From Andalucia godoyi And28 (Eukaryota > Protista > Jakobida), in the NCBI GenBank assembly GCA_009859145.1, contig VRVR01000066.1:1419-65418 (forward strand): DNA of 64,000 bases, given 5' to 3'. Below, in pieces: positions 30,984-40,452 of this stretch. The position numbers and the translations under genes are program-made. Position 1 is the first letter of the stretch; every line of letters starts with the position of its first letter. Below the pieces are notes generated by a model. The model was not told the DNA's origin and did no database searches. It was given only the letters and a program-made list of their open reading frames with translations.

Positions 30984-32391
30984 AGGCCTTAATATCAAGT
31001 CATAGTCCTTGGTTCTTCAATCAACCTTTGATACACACATGCTTTTGCAAAGACTATTGTCTTCATACGAACAGCACATGTGAAGTTCAGTCCTCTTTGA
31101 AGAAGAAAAGGCCATAGGTCTGTCTGCGCGCGGTTCATCAGTTCCCCTTGTTCCAAACAATGCTTTCAGCGTGAAGAATGGTCTCTCGCAAACTGTTCTG
31201 AGAAAGTTTTGGTGCTTTATATCGGCCAAGATTTCGCGTTCAGTTGCAACTAAGCATGAGCAACAGCTGCAAGAATTGGTTAACAGAGGAACGTTTCTTG
31301 TTGCCTAATTACAAGAGAATGATTTTTGTGCTCTTGTTCTTCGCATGCATTTGTTTTCCTATTTGTGCTTTCATTTCGCGTAGTTTGTCTCTACCGAAGT
31401 GATCAAAAGGTTTTAAAGATTGTTTCTTGACGAAATTAAGAAGTTCCAAGCATTCAGTAATTGATTATCGAAAGGCTGAGTTTTAGTAGATGCCTTCGAC
31501 GAGCCACTCAAATCGATGGATCTCCCTTTTTATTCATATAGTGGTTTCTTTAGAATGGCTATCAAAAGTTTCGTTAATGCTCCGTATCAGCGTACAGCTT
31601 CAGTACCTTGGGAAAATGACGTTCTTATTGAATCTACACTCTCACTCAATTTTCCGAGACAACATCATTTTCGGATTTCCATGAGTCGTAAGATGCCCTT
31701 GTAGGATGTCCTTTAACCTTTGCATTTCAACAACATGCATATTTCGGTTTGGTCTCGCATTATGTGTGATTTGAATCTGTTTTCTGCATTCAAAGGTCTC
31801 TTAATGTGTGTGTGTTCATTTCCGAAATTCAGACTTTGAGGGTAGCTGGAAGACGAATGTTGGAAGGTTAAAAAACAGGGCCTTTTGGTGGAAATCCTCC
31901 ACAAATGCCCAAAAATTCTACAAATGTCGTGGACGGCCTCCATGCCAGACAGACAGTGGATGGGGGAAATTTTCATGGATCTTCAACGTTAGCAGAGACT
32001 CTTTGATTGATGATGACTTGCCAACTCAGTCATCAGGGTGTTTGCGAAGAGTAAGCTGCGCTTTTCTCTTAGGAACACTGGTGAAAATTAAAGTGGTGCG
32101 CTTAGGACTGTTGCTTATTCACATTTGTCTGTCGATACTTACTCCAGATGACTGAATAGAATGGTTTTTCATGCCATTTTCTCCTAAAGTTTGGATCACA
32201 ATCAGAACCGGATTATGCTTTGGTGCCAGAAAGAGCCTGAAATGGGGCAATAAAAATAATTCCTTTTCTTCCTTTAATCTGCGCTTGCTTTTTCAGCCAA
32301 TTCAAGCAGAACGACAGTGCTGATGCAAAAGATGCTCGTCATTCTGGTATACATTCCTTTATTGTTGTTTCACAACAAATTTTTGTTTCTA

Positions 32392-32518
32392 TGCCAAAAT
32401 TGCCAAAATCTGAAAGTAAAATGTCAAATTTGAAACTTCAGAAGTGGGATGAAAGAAAATCTCACAGTGGTTTCTCCAAAAAATGAAATGATATTTTGGG
32501 ATTTTGGCAATTTTGGCA
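32392..32518. repeat. Paired 19-bp motif unit 3 (inverted pair; interior is the reverse complement of unit 2)
   Basis: Motifs at 32392-32410 and 32500-32518; 127 bp. The reverse-complemented interior matches the unit 2 interior with 3 substitutions and 2 small indels. Confidence 0.95.
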
Positions 32519-33302
32519 AAATTCTAATATTAAGTTCATAGTCCTTGGTTCTTCAATCAACTTTTGATACACACATGCTTTTGCAAAGACTATTGTCTTC
32601 ATACGAACAGCACACGTGAAGTTCAGTCCTCTTTGCAGAAAAAGAAAAGGTCATAGGGTCTCTGCACGCTCCGCTAAAGCAATACTGCTGGAACGTAAAG
32701 CTACCACACTTTTTGCGAGCCATCTCGGTTCTCAGGTTTATGCAGATTGCCAAACTCAACATGTTCTGTTACACTTCGTGTGCATTGTGTTACCATGAAA
32801 CACTAAATTTACAACAAATTAACGTGCTTGAAATGTCACAAACTTTCCAGGCGGTAGAAAATGTTGAGTGATTACGTTGCATAAACAGTTCTAACTCCAC
32901 ATCACACATTCTCTGATCAACATCCCGATATTTGCTTTTGTGCTAGATCAAAGGAAGCACGAGTCATGTTAAAGCATTCGTAAGTAAACAAAGGGTAAGT
33001 TCTCCGAGGTGACTGAAGAACTTTGAGTCTGAAGAGTCGTATCATGTCAAAGAATGCCGAGTGTACTGGCGGAGGCAAGAGTTCTATCAATTTGCTTGTG
33101 ATTGCAGACGTATGAAAACGCAGGATTGATAGGAAATACTGCATTCTATTGTGGACATGACGTGAAAGTCTCCTTTGAATGCTGGAGATGCAAAGCGATT
33201 CCAAAATGCTTTCTCCTTTTTCCTTTAAATTTTTCTCATTTTTTGTGCCTCTGGTGTTCTTGACGTTTACCATTATTCCTTTATTCAGCTGTTGTGACAA
33301 AA

Positions 33303-36300
33303 ATGACGAAGGATGGTTCCTTTGTATCATCCTCCTCTTCGAGTGAAGATGATTCCAGGCATTCTACAACAAAGCCACCCAGTCCAATCTGGGATTACGT
33401 AAGATCGACTGATCCTGATGAGCCGTTACCATGGAAATCGAACCAAATAGAATGTGTGCTGTGCTGCACGAAGCTAACAAATGTAAAGAATGCAAAACGG
33501 GTTCACAAATCACATTTCTACGACGTGAAGACGCACCAGACGAAGTGCGAACCAGACTTGTGGACGGCAGAACAGCGCACCTTCTTCCAAACGCTGGCTA
33601 CGTCGTCCGTTGCCCTGCCGAATGAACACCAGGCACAGAATGCGAACATCATGGCGTCGCTGTTTCCCGCTGTTCAGTCGGGTATCATGACGTTCGGTGC
33701 CTTTGAACGCGCATTTCGTTGCAAAACAGACAAATGCTTAGCAGTTCCAGCTTTTCCGCCTGAAAAAATTTCATTGAACCGGTCTTCAATGGAAATAGAA
33801 TACAACTGGATCATGGAGGGAATGCGTGACGATTTCGAAGATTCGACGTTCTCGGCAATGGTTTTGGACGGTTATGCAGATCTTCGTGACTGCGCACTGA
33901 CGTCTTGTTTGCTGCACACACAGAAAAGAGTGTATTTCTACGACGCTTGGACCCGTTCAGATTCGGATACGTTGTCAGAAGATGTGGACACTATGTTGCA
34001 CAATTTAAAAGGTGACATGGGAATAGATCCCGCAAAACTGTCAGCAATTGTCACCGACCCAGTACCGACTCTAGACGAAGAAGGGCAGAAAATTCAAGAA
34101 ACGTATCCCCGTATTGCCGTGATTGGCTGCTCAGCACAGACTCTCCATCTTGTTCTTGTTGACAGACTTTCAGACGATGATGGCAAGACTCTGGTTAAGG
34201 ACGTGACGTCCGTTTTAAAATTTTGTTGGCCACATCATGCAAAACTCAAAAGCTACTTGAAGAAAGAGTTGATTTCCCTGGTACCCTGGAAATGGGAATC
34301 GATAGTTCACTGTGTACATCGGTTGCTTGAAAACAAAACCGGATTGATGAAGTTTGCTGATCTGAGCGATGGGATCTCTTCCGAAATTTGTGGCTTGCTC
34401 CAATCAAGCAACTTCTGGACTCGCTGCAACCGTTTGGTTAAAGAGTGTACTCCGATTGTCAACGCAGCACACGCTTTGCAATCTAATCACGCCACTCTGT
34501 CCGATGCATGGACGATCTGGCACAAGCTGTTGGCGTCATGCCCGATAAGTATGAAAGAGTCGCTGCAAACTCGGTTCGAAGAGTACGTTTCATGCCCTGC
34601 TTTAGCGGCTGCTTTCGTCCTTGATCCTCGTAACCATTCTCTTCTCAATAACAATCCCGACGCTATTTCGAAAGCGGAAGAACTGTTTAAAATGGTTTCT
34701 GAAGCTCCTGCAGAAGAAGAAGACATGAAATCCCAGTTAGAGGAGTATTGCAATCTAGGTAGCTGGGCTGAAGAACAGTCAGATCCTAAAATAAGTGCAC
34801 TGCGGTTCTGGTGGAAATTTGGGCGTGAGAAGGCTCCATTGCTTGCGAAAGTGGCTTTGTATGTGTTTTCGATTCCACCGACGACTGCATCAGCACAGCG
34901 TTCTAGTTCTTTTCGTTTTGGGGGAAATCCAGATGTCGATGGTGTGGAATCATTACAGGTTTGCGTTGTCGCCGGTAACCGTCGCACAAGGAAGCCAAGC
35001 ATGTCCTTAGAAACGTCTCGATTCCAAATGCTGCAACAGATACGGTCTGGAAACGAACCACAACTTTATAACGTTGAAAACGATGTCGTCGATGATTCTG
35101 AATTACAGAATGACTCGCTACGAATGTGCCCACCACCTTCTTCTTCCACATGGTCTAGTGAGCGTAACAAATCGTCCTCGTATTTGAAGTCTCTTTCTAA
35201 ATTCAAGAATGATATCTATGATGCTGACAATTCTGATGCTGAAGGCACGGATGACGATGACGATGACGACGATGACGACGAAACGAGCGCTGAAAAAATT
35301 GCAAAGCCAACTGTGCCTTCCGGTAATTATGTTCCTCGCAAGACTGGTGAACCTGTTTCTGGCTGTCGATCTGCGGCACCAAATGCGAAAAAGAGACCTA
35401 CGGTTGCATCCACGGCAGTGAAGCCCCTGAGATTCTCGAAACTTGGTTTTCCTACATCCTGTCCTGCATCCATCGAAATTCTGAACTACGAATGCGTCGA
35501 TTACGGATCGTGCGGCAGGAAATTCCTTTTCATAAACGTCAAAATGGACGACGTTCTGTATCCTCTCATGGGATGCCTCGGTATCGTCAGTGAAAAATAT
35601 ATGCAGAATGTCAAGGACCGCCAATTTGGGATGGGAGACGAGCTCAAAGAAAAGCTTAATGTCCGCGACTTGCCGATTGACGAGACGGAATGGCCAAATT
35701 GGACATTCTTCTTTGCAGACAAAGAAGAATGTAAGGGTCGCCAGTTTCTGTTTCTTCTGGATCCGGAAAAGTACAAGCAACATGCGATTTCAATGTATTG
35801 GGCACATGCTATCCGATTTGTGTGTGAAAACTTCTACGCTCCAGAAAAGTTGCACTCCCAGTTTATCGACTATCGCTGTGTGTTGGTGGGTAGAATCAAT
35901 GATAAGAGTGTCTTGGACCCTGCCTCGATGTTCTCAGATGACCATGACATTGTTTCAAAAGAATTCCACTGGGCTTATCAGACTGCAGCACTGTTCGAAG
36001 AAGATTGTGATGCGATGGACGCCACGAATGCGTTTTCGCCATTCAACATCCCGTCGCATCTCATGAAAAGTCACGTTTCAAAAGAAATCAGAAACGCAGC
36101 GTTCGGTCTGCGCTCCTTCTTCTGTTTTTTAAAATATTCACTTTCTAAGTTAAGAGGAGAAGCGATCTCCGTCGCGTCGAAGGTTCCCGTAGATCGAACA
36201 GAACAACTGGATAAAGCGATATTCAAGTTGCTGACGGAGTATGTTGCATTTCGCGACAGTCTGGGGAAAGGAGACCCCCATCCGATTTCGTCTTTCGATG

Positions 36301-37283
36301 CTCTTTATGTCATCGTTGACTATTTCTTGGATGAGAGTCGTCGCAATGGGAAAGGGGATATTCAGTCGATGTTCGACGATCTGTTTCCGAATCACGGCAA
36401 ACAGTATTTGACTGACCTTGCAGACCACAACGAACCGATAGATACACGAGCTGAAGCAAGAGATCCCTCTGATTTACCGGGAAAACTGACAAATGCGGAG
36501 CAAGAAGTTAATGGTGACGATGATGAAGAAGAGGATGAGAGTGAAGAGGATGAGAGTGAAGAGGAAGAGGATGAGAGTGAAGAGGAAGAGGATGAGAGTG
36601 AAGAGGAAGAGGAAGAGGAAGAGGAAGAGGAAGAGGAAGAGGAAGAAATTGAAAATGAAAGAGATATAGCAGCTCACGCGAGACCTGCGTATACCATTGG
36701 GCAGGAACGAATGATTGATGCAACTGCCGCGATGATAGCGTCTGCTCCGTTCCAAGTCGCGATTCAAAAACTAGTTACTGAAGTCTCTGTAAAAAGCGAA
36801 AACGCAAAAGACGTCAGATTGGCTATTGAAACTGCAATCGTCAAGAATGACGATGACTTCAAGGATACAAAGGAAGAAGATTTGCTCTCAGACATTATGG
36901 CGAATGTTTTCCCGCAAGACGCGATTTCCTGCAGTTCAGTAAATTTCTTTGGATCCGACTCACCGGAGGAGGAGAACATGTCGAAATGGAAAGAAGTGGT
37001 GCAGAAGAGCATCGCAACAGCTTCATTGCAGAATGTGAATATTGTCAATATCATTTGGTATGATGGCTATTCCGATTGGGCAACGCCAGCGTCTCATGTG
37101 GCCCTTTTTTCTTCTCTGTCATTCCAAAATGGGAGACGAAAGCGTATTCCATTGCTCCTTTTCAAAAGCAAAGATGTAAAGTTGCACCACGTCTGTGTGA
37201 AGACTCGCGATGCTACTGTGTACACATCTGCACCAGACCTGAATCCTGAACAATGGATATTGGCTCATGTCGTTTATGTTTAA
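33303..37283 (+). CDS. hAT-family transposase-derived protein (BED finger, DUF659-like core, dimerisation domain) fused to a ~750-aa acidic C-terminal extension
   Basis: BED-like IWDYV...CVLC...HKSH; LDGYAD; IVTD; GCSAQTLHL (CxxH read as CxxQ); AAFVLDPR; FWW; PLLAKVALYVFSIPPTTASAQRS (the ER position read as QR). Confidence 0.85.
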   Translation: MTKDGSFVSSSSSSEDDSRHSTTKPPSPIWDYVRSTDPDEPLPWKSNQIECVLCCTKLTNVKNAKRVHKSHFYDVKTHQTKCEPDLWTAEQRTFFQTLATSSVALPNEHQAQNANIMASLFPAVQSGIMTFGAFERAFRCKTDKCLAVPAFPPEKISLNRSSMEIEYNWIMEGMRDDFEDSTFSAMVLDGYADLRDCALTSCLLHTQKRVYFYDAWTRSDSDTLSEDVDTMLHNLKGDMGIDPAKLSAIVTDPVPTLDEEGQKIQETYPRIAVIGCSAQTLHLVLVDRLSDDDGKTLVKDVTSVLKFCWPHHAKLKSYLKKELISLVPWKWESIVHCVHRLLENKTGLMKFADLSDGISSEICGLLQSSNFWTRCNRLVKECTPIVNAAHALQSNHATLSDAWTIWHKLLASCPISMKESLQTRFEEYVSCPALAAAFVLDPRNHSLLNNNPDAISKAEELFKMVSEAPAEEEDMKSQLEEYCNLGSWAEEQSDPKISALRFWWKFGREKAPLLAKVALYVFSIPPTTASAQRSSSFRFGGNPDVDGVESLQVCVVAGNRRTRKPSMSLETSRFQMLQQIRSGNEPQLYNVENDVVDDSELQNDSLRMCPPPSSSTWSSERNKSSSYLKSLSKFKNDIYDADNSDAEGTDDDDDDDDDDETSAEKIAKPTVPSGNYVPRKTGEPVSGCRSAAPNAKKRPTVASTAVKPLRFSKLGFPTSCPASIEILNYECVDYGSCGRKFLFINVKMDDVLYPLMGCLGIVSEKYMQNVKDRQFGMGDELKEKLNVRDLPIDETEWPNWTFFFADKEECKGRQFLFLLDPEKYKQHAISMYWAHAIRFVCENFYAPEKLHSQFIDYRCVLVGRINDKSVLDPASMFSDDHDIVSKEFHWAYQTAALFEEDCDAMDATNAFSPFNIPSHLMKSHVSKEIRNAAFGLRSFFCFLKYSLSKLRGEAISVASKVPVDRTEQLDKAIFKLLTEYVAFRDSLGKGDPHPISSFDALYVIVDYFLDESRRNGKGDIQSMFDDLFPNHGKQYLTDLADHNEPIDTRAEARDPSDLPGKLTNAEQEVNGDDDEEEDESEEDESEEEEDESEEEEDESEEEEEEEEEEEEEEEEIENERDIAAHARPAYTIGQERMIDATAAMIASAPFQVAIQKLVTEVSVKSENAKDVRLAIETAIVKNDDDFKDTKEEDLLSDIMANVFPQDAISCSSVNFFGSDSPEEENMSKWKEVVQKSIATASLQNVNIVNIIWYDGYSDWATPASHVALFSSLSFQNGRRKRIPLLLFKSKDVKLHHVCVKTRDATVYTSAPDLNPEQWILAHVVYV
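36525..36647 (+). repeat. Coding Glu/Asp-rich tandem repeat
   Basis: (GAAGAG)n and GAAGAGGATGAGAGT units encoding EEEDES...EEEEEEE. Confidence 0.9.
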
Positions 37284-37908
37284 TGCATCTTGTCCACTCG
37301 TCTTTCTGCTTTGCTTCAGTAAAATGTGAATCGTAATATTGGCTTTTCTTTCTACAAGGAGACAGTTTTGCAGAACTTTCTGTGCCTCGTTAACAAACAC
37401 GCGCTTCTTGATTAACGTGGTTTAATCAACAGGCATTCGGTAGTCTTCATAGTCGCCAAGAGACTGCTATACACGTGTTGATGCGATTACTGCACAGTTT
37501 CTTTTATCCACAACGATTTTGGAATGAAGAGCGTGTTGTATGTCGCATCTTTATAATCCGATTGTTTCGTGTTCGTTGCCAACACATAGCATAAAACGAT
37601 GTTTTCTGTTGATCTTAGCGTGCGTCATACAGCAAGCATTCGTTCATGACCGCCTTTTTCTCGTGCAGATTTTGAGGAACTCCCGATAACATGTGGAAGG
37701 CAGCCCAGAGAAACAGTGAGCATGCGTGTGAAAGAATCAGTTGCGAGGCTAAACGTAACACTGATCTGCTGCGTTGCTCGATTCTTTTCTGCTGATTTCG
37801 CTTTCTTTCACAACAGATTTACATAAATTTCGTGTTCGCTTATCAACCAGTGAAAATGAATGTGAGAAAATTTTTGTGGAGAGAGAACAGAAGGAATCTT
37901 TAGGAAAA

Positions 37909-38034
37909 GATTTTGGCAATTTTGGCAAGAATTGAGAGTTCGGGTTTTGGAGAGGAAGGTCTCTGAGAAATTTTTGGGGAGGGGACAGGAGGATGAGAGG
38001 ATTTTTGGAAGAAAGGATTTTGGCAATTTTGGCA
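37909..38034 (+). repeat. Paired 19-bp motif unit 4 (direct pair)
   Basis: GATTTTGGCAATTTTGGCA at 37909-37927 and 38016-38034; 126 bp with a purine-rich interior. Confidence 0.95.
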
Positions 38035-39558
38035 CGAGATACAGATTAATTCTTCCTTTACTGAGGAGTTTTCATTCATTGTTCTTCAGTAGCAGCGAGA
38101 ATACAAACTTTGTGATTGAGCGTACTGCTTTTGAGTGTGTCTCTTATGATGGGTGTTGTAGAAGGGTCACAAACGGTCCGGAGCTTTGATCCCTCACTTT
38201 AGACTGTCAAACTTTGGGGAGTTCCCAACAATGAAATTCTCTCAACAACCAGTATGTCGCGTTGGCTGTCCAATCATGGTCGTCCTTCTGTGCTTCTGAT
38301 TTCCATGCACCAACCTTGGCGTCCCATCTTAAGTGTTTGACGTCGATCGCTTGACTTTTCTTCACATCCAAAATTGTGTTTATTTTGCTAGTTGATGGCT
38401 GGAGTGCCTTCGCGCGCTCCAATGCATAAATTCGACTAGATTTCGTTGCCTACCAACAAACGAAAATATGTTGTTGTAATGTTGGCTCCTTACACGCAGT
38501 GTGAAAAGCATGGGAAATGTAAAAAACATAGTGAAGTATCAGTCATTTCAGAAGCTGTGCGTCAGAAAAGTTATTTGTGAGAAGACACTTTTCAGTTTCA
38601 CAATGGTCGCTCATTTATTAATTTTATTTTGGAATGCGATGCAAGCTGCATGAAACTGGTGAACATGTGGGAAGCCATCTGCTTTCATTGACGTTAATGG
38701 AGTATCAGACGCTTCACAAAATCATTGTCTAGACCATGTTTTTGACACACATCTGGCTATAAGTGCCATGTAACCAAACCTAGTGGTTTGGTGTCATCGG
38801 CACCTTTGGCGTACCCTTTGGTGTCAGGAACGTGTCGGTGACGGAGTGAGAAAAGGCGGACGGGTTGGTTTTTTTTGGAGTGTCATCGCCAGAGCCGGTC
38901 GTAGGTTCAGAATCGAGAGGAATACGAAAATATTCGGAATCGAATTCCCAATAACACTTGATGCTTCGCAGTCTGCAATTTCCCTAAGATGCACAGCACG
39001 GTGTTTTTTACATGACATCCTTTCAAAATTCCAGAAAAACGTTTATCGACATGTACGTTTCGGTGAGTACTGACAGGGGATTTTGTAAGAACATCCGAAC
39101 AATCCGAAGCGTACTATCTGTATTTATCGTTTGTTTCTTGTACATCGAAGTTGAGCTCTGCTAGCAGTTCACTCCGAAGAGAATTCGGGTCACTGTCATC
39201 AGCAATTGACCCAAATTAGCAGGTTCGACCTCTCTTCCAAAAGTTTCACCATTAGCTTTTATCGAATGCTTTCATGGTTTTCCATATATATTGCCACATC
39301 TAGTCTCTCTTGCTAAGCTTCCATTCGTCGTTCACTCTCTTCTATTTCAGCTTTTGAATAAACTGGAATTCGGACAGCGTTGTTTCTTGATTTGAGCTGG
39401 TCAGTTTCGTTGGACAGCGACTAAATCTGACCAACCAATAGAAAATTCTGAAAATGCAGAACCTTGGAATCGGATGGAAAACAAGAAAGAGAAAGATGTA
39501 TTTTGCTAAGTGCTGTTTACTACGATGCATACTTTTCATGCTTGGGAAAGCTAGCAAT

Positions 39559-40007
39559 CTATTTTGAGGCATCCGACGACGAACCCATGCTCACACTGGG
39601 AAAACCAATACGGGTAAGAGCCTCCGAGCGCTGAGTGTACAAAAATAGGACCCGATCACTGCGCATGAGAATACTGACACATCGCACAAAGCTCAAAGCC
39701 GTTAATGCATGTGCTTCCAGCGATACGCCACGTAGAAAAACGCTGCAGCCGCAACAGGTCCGGCCGTCAACTGATGTGGCAAATAGCCGCTTGCAACAAT
39801 CCAAGCAACGGAGAACAAGCACGATGACAGGAAGCCTTTCAGCCCAGCCATCATGTGCAAGCAACGTGGCAGAGACTTGTTGACCATAACCGTCAACAGG
39901 AGTAGAAAGTAATGGACCAATGTTAAATCCTGACGTATTGCGCATTTAAGTATGGCAAATTCCAGCACGGAGATTGCCAAAAACGGGTAGTCGGCAGCTT
40001 TCCACAT
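39559..40007 (-). pseudogene. Possible small membrane-protein gene, apparently frameshifted
   Basis: ATG at 40007 directly follows a ~100-nt T/C tract like the other genes here. Hydrophobic ORF 39702..40007 overlaps a second hydrophobic frame ending at 39559. Confidence 0.3.
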
Positions 40008-40344
40008 GATGATTAGTTGAAATAAGGTAAAGACAACGAAAGAATGATTAGTATGATTTTTAAAAAAAGAAAAACGGAAAAGAAGGAAAAAGAAAGATGA
40101 AAGGAAAGAAAAAGCAAATTAATAAATCCCCGAAAACTGCAAATTTTGGCAGCACCGCCAGAAGCAGATGAGCGGGATTCGGTTTGCACTACACGCGATA
40201 CACGGTTTCTGTCTAAGTGCATGAAACACTCAGAAGTTTGATTGAGGGAGTCCAAGCCATTCCCGCAAAGTTCGCACGTGCTCGATGGGCCGTCCGTTCG
40301 ACAGAAGTCGAATTCCCAGTTTCTCCAACGAAGGCATTTCCGCA

Positions 40345-40367
40345 AAGTTCTCTCGGAGAACTTTTCT
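40345..40367 (-). repeat. 23-bp hairpin-forming repeat, copy B
   Basis: AAGTTCTCTCGGAGAACTTTTCT, the exact reverse complement of 26670-26692. Confidence 0.85.
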
Positions 40368-40452
40368 TTCATTCCCGGTTTGTGATGCATTTGAAACAAT
40401 TTACCGTGGCCATCGGTTTGGGATCATTTCTCTCGTTGTAATTTCATTATGA

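Larger units (their letters stand above)
30190..32660. repeat. Diverged tandem duplication (~30190-31130 and ~31720-32660, offset ~1.54 kb)
   Basis: Collinear matches such as tttgaatctgttt.ctgcattcaaagg, tgcaaaagatg.tc.tcattct, and a near-identical ~100-bp block (30997-31099 vs 32534-32636). Confidence 0.85.

Noticed and set aside
30851-38034. Complete hAT transposon using the 19-bp motifs as terminal inverted repeats
   Set aside because: The 8-bp flanks do not match as a TSD (ttgttgca or tgtttcta on the left; agaattga or cgagatac on the right), and the transposase lacks the catalytic Glu.
39215-39245. tRNA-like T-arm sequence (GGTTCGAC)
   Set aside because: No acceptor stem, D-arm or cloverleaf could be built around it. 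No tRNA or rRNA is supported in the window.
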